From the NCBI RefSeq assembly GCF_001194135.2, contig NC_068982.1, forward strand, positions 83,566,124 to 83,617,954: 51,831 nucleotides of DNA, in the 5' to 3' direction. This stretch comes from Octopus bimaculoides (Eukaryota). A model generated the notes under the pieces. It made no database searches, had not been told where the DNA came from, and saw only the letters and a list, made by a program, of their open reading frames with translations. Positions 33,892 to 45,625 of the stretch are shown here, piece by piece (position 1 is the stretch's first letter; the number at the start of each line of letters is the position of its first letter). Made by a program: the position numbers and the translations under genes.

Positions 33892-34697
33892 AGACTACCC
33901 GTGGCCCGTTGGGTCACCTGGAGACTCTGAGTTTACCAGCAATGGAGTTTTGTTTCAAGGGCTTTCTTTTCCAGATTATTTCACATGCTTTCAACGAATG
34001 CAACGTTGAAATCATGTGTAAATGGCTCCTTTCCATGGAACAGGAAAGATTTAGCTGCCATTTCTTGCATGCCTTGCTACCATGTAACAGGTATTTTGGG
34101 TCCTTTATCACAAATAGTTGTTACATGGTAGCAGGGCAACCAAATCTTTGGAGCTGAGATAAGTTGAATGCACACCAAAAAAAATTTTTTAATGGTATTT
34201 CACTTGAAAATAATTAAGAAAAAAAAACAATAAAATATTGTGTTTAAAGAAAGCTAAAATATAAATACTTACTGCACAAACAACTTACATTTTTGAAATC
34301 ACATTCACTTAAAAATATTTCTAAATGATTGAAATATTGTCAAAAAGTTGACGTTTTACTTTTCTTAGAGAGTGATAGAGAGAGAGTGCAAAGACTATGT
34401 GTGTGTATATATCACAGATAGTGTATTTGTGTTGATTCACATGCCATGAAATTAATTATATGTGTGTGTTTGTGCCTTGACATCACTGAAGTCATGTTTT
34501 TTTGTCAAGAAATAACAAACAAAAATTGTGTTTAATCGCTTCCATTAATAAATAGAGGTCCAAATATTACAAAAATTTGTACTGCATTGCATAAGGTAAG
34601 TGTCAAAATATATTTGCAAAAAGAAATAAGATAAAATATACTATTTCTGATTTATTTCAGGTACATACAAACATCTAGTGTTTTAGCTTTATTAAGA
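33890..34697 (-). mobile_element. Non-autonomous Helitron-like element, ~810 bp
   Basis: On the minus strand: 5' A|TCTTAATAAAGC; 3' GC-rich CGGGCCACGGG then TAGTCTAG|T (AT target); hairpin is imperfect. Confidence 0.55.
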
Positions 34698-34707
34698 TAT
34701 ATACATA

Positions 34708-35139
34708 CATGTCATCATCGACTTACGATCTATCCAACTTACAACCAATAAACTTCATGACGATTGGTGTGCCAGCTCCCAGCAGCAATAATAAATAGTC
34801 CAGTTGAAATCTAATGGGTTAAATTTCTTAGAAATTAACCCATCTATGGATGATGTCAGCTAACATGCGCTTCCCCTAGATTTGGTTGTCAATCACCACT
34901 GTGTTGGATGACTATCCTGTCGCAGAGACATCGAGGCAAATTCATATTTGTTTATAAGACAACTGCTTGAGACTCTGAAATTTTTGACTAATGCCAGTAT
35001 AATTGTATAATGCTGTGTGTGACTTTTACCTGAGAATGTATCTTAAGAATGTAAAAATATAAAACAAAGCTATGTAGGCCTACAGGCCAGCTTACGAACA
35101 GCCAGTCAGAACCAGTTGTGGTCACAAGTTGACGACCTG
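34708..35139. mobile_element. Tigger/pogo-like MITE
   Basis: Ends TA|CATGTCATCATCGACTTACGA and GTCACAAGTTGACGACCTG|TA are imperfect TIRs; subterminal ACTTACGA repeats. Confidence 0.55.
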
Positions 35140-35314
35140 TATATGTATATGTGTGTGTGTGTGTGTGTGTGCGCGTGTGAGTGTGTGTGCTTCTATTTAT
35201 GAATATGCAAGATTCATACTATGTAGTGTTTGTATATGTAAACATATAAGATGTATGTATATATTCACATCCTAGAATATACATATGAACTGTATGTTCA
35301 TGTGTGTATATATG

Positions 35315-36122
35315 TGAGAGTACCCAAAAGAAACCAGAATTTTGCAATATTATCTTATTCACTTTTCAAGGAATGCATCAGTCCAGGCACAATTTTTACT
35401 GTTCAAAGCAGTACTGGAGCTCTTGCAAAATGATGCCTTTTAACACCTCCATTGTTTTTTTCTTCACCTATTCCACATCTACAAAGCATCTTCCTTTAAG
35501 GACTTTTTTCATTCGGGGGGAATAAAAAAAAGTCACAGGGAACAAGATCAGGTGAATAGGGAGGGTGGGTAAGCAGGGTCATGCCATTTTTGGTCAAAAT
35601 CTCTCATACTTCCATGAGCAAGTGAGGCTCAAATTTTACTGCAACTTTTTTCATTTGTAATTCCTCACTCAAAATTCATATCAACAAAATCGTCAGTTGT
35701 TTGGCATAGTGTGCCAAGATCAGTTCATGAATTTTTGTGATGTCTTCATTTATTTGGAAGGTCGATGGTTGCCCTGAATGAGGTGGATCTACAAGCAAGA
35801 AGTGACCATTCTAAGAGTGTGAAAACTACTCGTAAACTGTCTGAAGCATGCCAACTGTTTTGGCTACCATTTTCCCCAGCAGAAAACAGAATTTCACAGA
35901 AGCATGCTGTTCTTTCGTTTCAGCCATCACAAAAATCAATGAACAGGGGAGAAGCATTGCAACACAAAATTGTACCAAGTGGCAGTATGACTCCAGTTCA
36001 GGACAATGGTCAGCAGACTGATGTCTAACGGTTGCATCAAGTGGCTTCTAGTGGCAGAAGGCTGAACTACAATGGGCTTGTCCCACAGAGAATGTTTTCA
36101 GTTACTTTTGGGTACCCCCTCA
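35315..36122 (-). mobile_element. Internally deleted mariner, ~810 bp
   Basis: TIR core GTACCCAAAAG(A/T)AAC at both ends; minus strand encodes MAETKEQHASVKFCFLLGKMVAKTVGMLQTVY and a C-terminal remnant; no catalytic core seen. Confidence 0.8.
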
Positions 36123-36439
36123 TGTGTGTGTGTGTATGTGTGTATGTATGTATAGGCGTATGTATGTGTATATGTATATATAGGCATATGTATGTGTATA
36201 TGTATATATAGGCGTATGTATGTAAGATTCATTCAGTGTTGTATAGTGTTCGTATATATAAATATATAAGGTTTAATACAGTGTATATGTATACATATAG
36301 ACATATAAGACTACTTTCATGCTCTTTTTACCCCTCTGTTTACTAGCTCTTAAACTGGATGTTGCATGAGAGCGAAGAAATTATACTTCATTGAATTCAA
36401 AAGATGATGTACCAAGGTTCTATGCTACCTGGGAAGCGT

Positions 36440-38139
36440 TTTTGCAGATCTTTTCAGATAGACAAAAGCCCCACAACAACCACCTTCCCATTGTCCCTCA
36501 GAAGTACACAATTTTAGGGCCACAGCCATCAATGTTGGCACAATGAAGAGGAGATCTGGTGAGATTATCAAAATGATGGAGTGTCACCATGTCGAAGTGT
36601 GTGGTGTCAAAGAAGTAAGATGGAAAGGGACCTCCACTAGATTCTTCATGGGTAAGAAACAGAGGTTCAAATTCTTCTGGGTAAGCAGAAGTTAAGGAAT
36701 GGGTGGTGTGGGCATACTCTTAGCAGAAAAGTGGGTAGATAAGGTAATTAAGGATTATTATTAGTTGAGATTTATCATAGATAGATTAACAGTTACATTT
36801 ATTTCTGGCTATGCTCCACAAGCTGGACTGCATGATAACCTGAAGGACCAATTTTATGAGGTCCTTTCGTAGAGTACCTCATCAACAAATGACAGTGACT
36901 TTGCTATTGTGGCCACCGACTTTAATGGACATGTTGGACAGCATTCCCATGGATTTCATGGAGCCCATAGTGGTTATGGCTTTGGACCCAGGAATGAGGA
37001 GGGAAGAAGGCTACAGGAGTTCTGTGAGGCAAATGATCTCATGATCCGCAATACTAACTTCAGAAAACCAGTCAGACACCTAATCACTTATCAATCTGGT
37101 GGGAACACAAGCCAGGTCAATTACCTCTTCACCAGGCAACGAGATAAGCTGATGCTCACAGATAGGTTACTAGGTAGTGACTTCCCAGAAAGGTTACTAG
37201 GTAGTGACTTCAGAATTATGGCTAGAGAGACTCAGAGAAATAAACCATACTGGAAAAGAAGATTGTGAAAGCTCAGAGATACAGCAAACCAACAAAAATT
37301 TTGAGACATTCTACTGGAAGCCTCTGATAATAGAGAGGAAGAGGAGTTGGGGACATATAGCTTAGACAACTAGAAATTCCTGCAGGACAATTTACTGAGA
37401 GCAGCAGACCAAATCCGTGGCTGGTGCAAAGGCCCAACTAAACCGAGAGTGACATGGTGGTGGAACAATGAGGTGGACAATGCTATAAGAGCAAAGAGAC
37501 AGGCCTGCAAAGACAGCAAAAACAGTAGAGAATTATATCAGGGACTCAGAAGGGAAGCTAGGCAACAGGTTTAAATAGAAAAGGAATAGCAGAAGATAGG
37601 AAGTTTGCTAATATTCTACATCATGAGGATCAGAGGCGTGAGGTGTTCAGGATTGCAAAGCAGTGTATCAGAGAGAATAGAGATGTGGTGGATGAGAAAT
37701 GTGTATGAATGGATAATGGTATACTTGCACTTAGTGACTCAGAGAAGAAAGATGCATGAAGATGTCATTATGAAAGGTTATTAAATGTGGAGAATGATTG
37801 GGAGAAGGAGTCTTTCAAATATCGAACCTATCGAGCGACCAGCCATCAGAGTTAATAGCAGTATAATAGATAAGGCAATTCAGAAAATGAAGGCTGGGAA
37901 AGCACCTGGACCATTGGGTATTGCTACTGAGATGATAAAAATATCTGATGATGTAGGATACAGCCTAGTCACTCACATAGTTAATCACATTATTCAGGAA
38001 GGTGTCATTCCCCAAAGACTGATGTAATAGTATTATAGTTAGCTGCTATAAGGGTAAAGGTGATATGTTAGACAGAAACAACTACAAAAGTATCAAACTA
38101 CTGGACCAGGTCATGAAATTTATAGAGAGACATATAGAA
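36440..38139 (+). mobile_element. RTE LINE 5' half (AP endonuclease to start of RT), interrupted by piggyBac
   Basis: INVGTMKRRSGEII..EVRWKG; ORF 36909-37268 TDFNGHVG, RNEEGRRLQEFC, TYQSGG..SQ; KAGKAPGPLGI; ends IKLLDQVMKF at the TTAA junction. Confidence 0.9.
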
Positions 38140-38799
38140 TTAACCCTTTAGTGTTCAACTTCATTTGTCAAATGTAATGCTTAACTGTTTGCATAAATTT
38201 TTATTTATTCAGGTTCAAGTGGGATGTCCACAATATTTGCTTGTAACTTTGTTAATTTTCTACATACAGATTTGAAATTTTGTAAATGGGTGCTTATATG
38301 ACCATGGTTTATAGTTACATAATTTTAGCTGATCTTTTTGATTAAATTTGACTTTTATAGGCAGGTAAATTTAATTAACAGGTGTAAAAACAATAACACT
38401 ATGAATAAACACTAAAATTCATATTCTTACCTGTTTGATTTGTTACTAAAATTATCCCAGATGTTAACCACCAACAATTCTACATTTTTCAAAATGAGGT
38501 ACATTAATTTGAATTAATTAAAATACAGGTGTAATCGGTACAAGATTTTATTCTTTTTCTATATTTCATTCAAACGTTTTCATTGAAAATAAAGTACAAA
38601 ACTCTTTTACTAGTCAATATACCATTGGCTATGTACTCTGATACAATTTAACAAATTCATTTACGTAACAGAATGCATTTAATAAAAAAATCTCATTAAC
38701 AGGTGAGACAAAGGTAAATTCAGGTGTGTAACATACTGAAAATAAATATGTATTTCTCACTTTCACATATTATTTACAATAAAATGAAAAGGAATATAC

Positions 38800-40439
38800 G
38801 AAATAATATAGTTATGACATATTTCTGTCATGAAACTGCCCAATGCACCCTTTACAAAAGGAACACATATATGAAGTCGCAATCTGATACCCCTTTGCAG
38901 CTTTTCTTTTTTGCAGTGAACAGTCTGCAAGCTGTTTTCCCTCCATTTATCTTTTCGACTTTATGAAAGTCAATGTTTTCTCTGTTGACCTCAATTAATT
39001 TTGCTTTTCTCCCAGTTCTGTGCTTTTTAGAAGAAAAGCCCTCGTGTAACTGAGATGTGATGTCAACCCAAAATTTCAAATGGTCGTAGTCTTTGGTGGC
39101 GGAGATACCTTGTGGTTTTTAACATATACAATATATGAATTTACTATAGATAAATTAACTAAAAATCACAAAATGTACTTCCACCATTTCTTTCCAGGTC
39201 GACCGATTATGTAATATGCCCGATATTAGTCGGATTTATCAACCCCACCCATATATTTGTTATAACAAATATTCACGAGGGGTTTCCTCTCAGCACCAAC
39301 ACTAGGTTGTTCATTAGAAGACAGAAATAAAATCTGTCTTTGAAAGCAGTAGCTAATAAATTTTCATTTTGCATTTGTAAAATGTCCCCTCTTTTTTTAA
39401 ATTTTGTTTTCGATTCACGGGTAAACTTTTACAGTTTCCCATAATAGTACTGCACATGTAAGTACTTACACAGGCAAGATTTTCTGCCAAAGCCACTGAA
39501 GTAAAAAAACGGTCAAAATAGAGGTGTCGGTGCTGATGATGAAATGGTTCAGTAAGAGACCATACTACATCATGTCCTAATCCATATGGTCTGTTTCCAT
39601 TATATTTGTTTACCTGTGTAAACATCAAAGTTTACACAATATCCAGTCTCTGATTCACAAACTTCCCATATCTTGATCCCCCATTTAGTAGGTTTGGCAG
39701 GCATGTACTGCCAAAAATGTACTCTGCCCTTATAGCCTATCATGGCTTCATCTACACTGAGATTTTTCCCAGGTAGATACACAGTTTTATAATTATTGAC
39801 AAGTAAATCAATTACAGGATGTACTTTGTACAGGGGATCATTTGAGTTATTTTTGCTGGGGGCATTAGCAGAATCAGTTAAGTGCAAATATTGAGATATT
39901 TTCGAATAACTCGTCTTCGACATGATACTTGAGATATACAGATCATCATACCTTATATCAGGACTCCAGTAGTTCTACAGTCAAGGAAGCTGTTTAACAC
40001 CAAACATAATATTAATTGTGAAAAACGCTCTCATTTCTGCAGTATAAGCTGGCTACCATAGTGGATTGTTTCTTCCACAAATAGAAATTAAACGTTACAC
40101 ATATTTGTTTGTTTCCTCCGCAACATTTTCAAAACAACTTTCAGATAAAAATAAAAATTGATAGTCCAATGGTTGAGCATCAGGAGGTAAATTGTGTTGT
40201 GGACCAGTGTTTTCTGTGTAAGCAGGAATAGTGATTGGTGTTGTAATCTTTGACCATGTTGCCATGCTTACGAAATCATTTTCATCACTTTCATTCTCAA
40301 AACCCTCCTTGTCTGACGAATAATCACTAATATCTATATCAGATTCATCCGGAGACAAAATACTCTTGTTTTCATTTATATTTTCTATATTGTCAAAAGT
40401 AAAACCTTCAAAGTCAGAATCGCTACTTGCTGACGCCAT
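38800..40439 (-). pseudogene. piggyBac DDD transposase, frameshifted
   Basis: MASASSDSDFEG start; LSVDEAMIGYKG..MPAKPTKWGIK (39600-39923); LYFDRFFTS (39353-39628); YNKYMGGVDKSD (~39230-39265); eroded Cys-rich C-terminus. Confidence 0.92.
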
Positions 40440-40510
40440 TTCTATAAAAACTAAGGAACAGACTTTTCTTCAAACGTGGAAAAAAACCATGTGGTCTAAA
40501 CAATTTCACA

Positions 40511-40713
40511 GGCGTAGGAGTGGCTGTGGTAAGTAGCTTGCTTATGAACCACATGGTTCCGGGTTCAGTCCCACTGCATGACACCTTGGGCAAGTATCTT
40601 CTACTATAGCCTCGGGCNNNNNNNNNNTGCATGACACCTTGGGCAAGTATCTTCTACTATAGCCTCGGGCCTTGTGAGTGGATTTGGTAGACGGAAACTG
40701 AAAGAAGCCCGTC
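40511..40713 (+). mobile_element. tRNA-derived CORE-type SINE, 5' half
   Basis: A-box-like TGGCTGTGGTAAG, B-box-like GGTTCAGTCCC, CORE-like GACACCTTGGGCAAGT; 43-bp duplication across a 10-N gap. Confidence 0.8.
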
Positions 40714-40724
40714 ATAAATATGTA

Positions 40725-42697
40725 TCATCCTCATCATCGTCTAACATCCGCTTTCCATGCTGGCATGGGTTGGACGATTTGATTGAGGACTGGTGAACCA
40801 GATGGCTGCACCAGGCTCCAATCTGATCTGGCAGAGTTTCTACAGCTGGATGCCCTTCCTAACGTCAACCACTCTGAGAGTGTAGTGGGTGCTTTTATGT
40901 GCCACAGACACGAGGACCAGTTAGTTGGTACTGGCAATGGCTACACTTCAATAGTGTTTTTTACGTGCCACCTGCACAGGAGTCAGTCCAGCGATACTGG
41001 CAACGACCTTGCTCGAATGTTTTGCTCACATGCCACTGGCACAAGTGTCAGTACGGCGATGCTGGTAACGATCACGCTCAAATGGTGCTTTTTACGTGCT
41101 ACCGGCACGGGTGCCAGATATTTGCTCTGGCAATGATCATGCTCGGATGATGCTGTTAGTGTTCCACTGGCACAGGTGCCAGTCATCGAATTTGGTTCAA
41201 TTTCAATTTCACATGCCCCAACAGGTCTTCACAAGCAGAGTTTAGTGTTCAATGAAGGGAGGTTGGCATGGTTGCCAGTCGTCAAATTTGGTTCGATTTC
41301 GATTTTAATTTCACTTGCCTCAACAGGTCTTCACAAGCAGAGTTTAATGTCCAAAGAAGGGAAGATACACATAAGTGGGATGTCTACACCCCTGGTAAAG
41401 GCCACAGGTTATGGTCTCACTTGTCTTGCTGGGTCTTCTCACGCACAGCATATTTCCAAAGGTCTCGGTCACCAATCATTGTTTCGGTGAGGCCTAATGT
41501 TCGAAGGTCGTGTTTCACCACCTCATCCCAGGACTTCCTGGGTCTACCTCTTCCACAGGTTCCCTCAACCGCTAGGGTGTGGCACTTTTTCACACAGCTA
41601 TCCTCATCCATTCTCACCACATGTCCATACCAGCGCAATCATCTCTCTTATACACCACAACTGATGCTTCTAAGGTACAACTTTTCTCTCAAGGTACTTA
41701 CACTCTGTCAAGTATGCACACTTACATTACACATCCATCGGAGCATACTGGCTTCATTCCTTGCGAGCTTATGCATGTCCTCAGCAGTCATGGCCCATGT
41801 TTCACTGCTAAGTAGGATGGCTGTTCATACACATGCATCATCCAGTCTGCCTTTCAATCTGAGCGAGAAGCCCTTTGTCCCCAGCAGAGATAAGAGCTCT
41901 CTCAACTTTTCCCAGGCTATTCTTATTCTAGCAGCTACACTTTCAGCGCACCCTCCCCTGCTACTGACTTGGTCACCTAGGTAACAGAAGCTATCAACTA
42001 CTTCTAGTTTTACTCCCTGGAACGTGACAGAAGTTGTTTTCTGCACATTTCCAGTGTTTATTGCTCCTGAGCATCTGCCACATACAAAAACTATCTTCCT
42101 AGTTAGCCTTCCTTTCATATTGCTGCACCTCTTATGTGTCCATAGCTTACACTGGGTACATATTATAGAGTTTCTACCTCCGCCTTTTCTACAGATCGAG
42201 CAGGGCCATCTACCTGAAGAGGTTTGTGGTTTGTCTACCTTCCTAGTGATTCAGCAATTAGTGCAAGGGCATCAGCATAGAGGAGCTCCCAGGGGCATCC
42301 TGTCTTGAATTCCTCTGTGATTGCCTGGAGGACTATGATAAATAGGAGGACTGAACCTTTGTGGATCCCTACCTTTACCCGGACTGCTTCACTGTACTCG
42401 CTGCCAACCTTCACCTTACTGACAGCGTCCCTGTACATGGCTCGCACAGCTCTAACTAACCATTCATCTATCCCTAGTTTCCTCATTGACTACCAGATAC
42501 GGGATCAGGGGACCCTGTCAAAGCCTTTCTCCATGTCAACAAAAACCAGGTACAGAGGTTTATCCTTGGCTAGGTATTTCTCCTGCAGCTGTCTTACCAG
42601 AAATATAGCATCAGTGGTGCTTTTCCCTGGCACGAGCCCAAACTGCATCTCATCTAAACTGACTCTCTCCCTAATTAGTTGGGCTACGAGCCTCTCC
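40725..42697 (-). mobile_element. RTE LINE, 5'-truncated, inserted in the SINE's central microsatellite
   Basis: (CAT)n tail; ORFs 41417-41638 (WYGHVVRM), 41825-42118, 42235-42486 (LLYADA), 42505-42699 (LDEMQFG, KGFDRVP). Confidence 0.93.
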
Positions 42698-42882
42698 ATA
42701 TATATATATATATATATATATANNNNNNNNNNNNNNNNNNNNNNNNNNNNNNNNNNNNNNNNNNNNNNNNNNNNNNNNNNNNNNNNNNNNNNNNNNNNNN
42801 NNNNNNNNNNNNNNNNNNNNNNNNNNNNNNNNNNNNNNNNNNNNNNNNNNNNNNNNNNNNNNNNNNNNNNNNNNNNNNNNNN

Positions 42883-43037
42883 TGTGTTTATGTCCCTGAA
42901 ATTTAGCGGTTTGGCAAAAGAGACCGATAGAATAAGTACTAGGCTTACAAAGAATAAGTCCTGGGGTTGATTTGCTCGACAAAAGGCGGTGCTCCAGCAT
43001 GGTCACAGTCAAAATGACTGAAACAAGTAAAAGAGTA
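42883..43037 (+). mobile_element. SINE 3' half (continuation of 40511-40713)
   Basis: TTAGCGGTTTGGCAAAAGAGACCGATAGAATAAGTAC..ACTGAAACAAGTAAAAGAGTA; other copies of this segment at 29252 and 32860. Confidence 0.75.
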
Positions 43038-43221
43038 TTTATACTTCAATAAAGGCGGGAAAGGTTTCATTTCGCAATTATCTCAAAGCTACAGGAATTC
43101 AATAACGTGATTTGTTTATTTTCTTAGCAATTTCATAGAGCAGTCGGATACGGCTGGCTTGAACAAATAAAGGGAAATTAATTTTGGCTGGTTACGGCCG
43201 GTTTGAACACTAAAGGGTTAA

Positions 43222-45625
43222 ACTAGATGAGATGTAGTTTGGTTTTGTTCCAGGGAGAAGTACCATAGATGCCATCTTCCTAGTGAGGCAATTGCAAGAA
43301 AAGAATTTGGCCAAGTAAATCATTGTATTTAGCTTTTGTTGACCTGAAGAAAGCTTTTGACAGGGTTCTCCGCTCTACTATCTGGTGGTCTCTAAGGGAG
43401 CTAAGAGTAGAGGAGTGGCTTGTGAGAGCTGTACAAGCCATGTACAACGATGCAGTCAGGAAGGTAAGAGTCAGCCATGAATACAGTGATGAATTTAGTG
43501 TACAAGTTCACCAGGGATCAGTTCTTAGTCCACTTCTATTCATCATAGTTCTCCAGGCCATAACAGAGGAATACAAAGCTGGATGCCCATGGAAACTGCT
43601 ATATGCTGATGACCTCACTCTTATTGCAGAATATGAAGCAGAACTGGAGAAGTTCCAAGTATGGAAGCAAAACCTGGAATCAATGAGCCTTAAAGTGAAC
43701 CTAGCAAAACCTCAAGTTGTTGTAGGCAAGAAAGCGGATAAGGCTCTTTTTCCATCAGATAAATGGCTCTGCTCAATGTGTAGGAAATGAGTGGGAAGTA
43801 ATACCATTTGTTGCACCCAGTGTAAGCCACAATTGCATAAGAGATGCAGTGGAATCACAGATAGGTTAACAGATAAGGTCACTTTCATGTGTGGAAGATG
43901 TGTAGGAATAATAAGCACTAACAGCATGTGGGACTTAGACACTCTCAAATGTCCAGGAAGCTCTCTTGAGGTTGTAGATATTTTCTGCTACTTAGATCAC
44001 CACAGTAGTAACAGTGGTGGAGGCTCTGAAAGTATCATTTCTAGAATAAGAATAGGATGGAAAAGGTTCAGAGAGCAACTACCTCAGCTGAAAACAAAAG
44101 GACTTTCTCTCAGAATGAAAGGTAGATTGTATGATGCTTGTATACGAATGGCTATATTCCGTGGCAGTGAGACATGGGCTCTGAATGTAGAGGATGTGTA
44201 GACTGGAGATAAACGAAGATAGTATGCTCTGTTGGATTTGCAACATCAGTGTACATGGCTGAGAAAGCACCACTGTGTTGAGATATAAGTTAGGCATAAG
44301 AGGAATTAAATGTGGCATGCAGGAGAGGAGAATGCATTGGTTTGGACATGTGATGCGTATGAGTAAAGGCAAATGTATACAGAAGTACATCATCAAAAGT
44401 GGATGGTACCTGTGGAACAGGGAGACCCAGGAAGACATGGGATAAAATAGTGAGGACTGATCTCAGGATGTTAGGGCTCATGGAGGAAATGATAATGGAC
44501 TGAGATGTCTTGCGAAAAGACTTGCCCACAACAGTAAAACTGAGTACTAGAAGCGTTGTGTCCCACCCACATGTAACAATATAAACTTTTTAGACCCTAC
44601 CTCAAGAAACCAAACTACATTTCCTCTTCTAAACTGCATCTTTCCCTTCCTCACATTTCTTCATAAACTAGAATTGTCTCCCACTCCCCTTCCCTGCCCT
44701 CACTATCCTACTCACTGTATTGTTGCTTCCTCACCACCTTTATACCCAGGTTTTCACCAGTTACAGCAGCTCCCACTTTCTACTTGTGCCTTCTTGGCAA
44801 TACCTGGCTATGTATATTATGACCTCCATATCTTGAAAGCATGCCCAGACAATTGCCAGTATTTATATCTCTCTTCCTTATTCTACCATCTCATCTATGC
44901 TCTGATCCTTGTTACTTGTGAGTATACCCTGGCACTTCACTACTATCTCTCTCCTGCTCTCTTGGACTTTTGCTGTTTCTCTCTCTCTCTCTCTCCCTTC
45001 TGGCTGGGTAGCCATGTATCTCCTCTACAGCAGCACACCTGTTTCTGTCCTCTTTCTTGTACCTCTCTCTCCCCTTCTTTTTCCTTCCCTCTCTGGCTGG
45101 GTAACCATGTACCCTCTCTATAACAAGACACCCATTTCTGCATCTATTTCTCTGTCACACTCTAACCTTTCATCATCTGACGCAAGGTCACCTCCTTCAA
45201 TGCTCCCTCCTCTATAGTAAGACACTTGTTTCTGCCTCTCTGTAACCTTTCATTCTCTGACAAAATATCCCCTCCGCTAATGCCCTCTGCCCTCTTGAAA
45301 TTCCATGACTTACAAATTACTTGGTGACCCTGCCAGTAATGGGGCCACATAAAACGCATCCAGTCCACAGTGTAAAATGGCTAGCATTTTGAAGGACATC
45401 CAGCTGTAAAAATCAGGACAAAATTGACCTCATGTATTGGTGCCATGTAAAAATCACTCAGTCCACTCTGTGGAGTCGTTGGTGTTAGGAAGGGCATCCA
45501 GCCATATAAACCCTGCCAAAACAGATGCAGTAGCCTGGGGTAGTCTTCCACCTAGCCAATTCCTGTCAACTGTCCCACCACTCATGCATGCATGGAAGAT
45601 GGACATTAAACAACAATGATGATGA
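43222..45625 (+). mobile_element. RTE LINE 3' half (RT, C-terminus, long 3' UTR, (GAT)n tail)
   Basis: Resumes at LDEM*FGFVPGRST right after the TTAA; ORF 43323-43790 (KKAFDRV, HQGSVLSPLLF, LLYADD); ORF 43791-44201; tail near 45617-45625. Confidence 0.92.

Larger units (their letters stand above)
38144..43217 (-). mobile_element. Full-length piggyBac transposon (~2.55 kb after removing nested SINE and RTE)
   Basis: Perfect 15-bp TIRs CCCTTTAGTGTTCAA (38144-38158, 43203-43217); TTAA TSDs at 38140-38143 and 43218-43221. Confidence 0.95.

Noticed and set aside
40511-40580. tRNA gene
   Set aside because: A/B-box-like motifs only; no full cloverleaf, and it continues into SINE body sequence
40575-40670. 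Perfect 43-bp direct repeat in the SINE head
   Set aside because: The two identical copies sit on either side of a 10-N gap, typical of unmerged overlapping contig ends
1-45625. Orientation bias of LINEs relative to the host gene
   Set aside because: About four sense and five antisense copies; no bias visible
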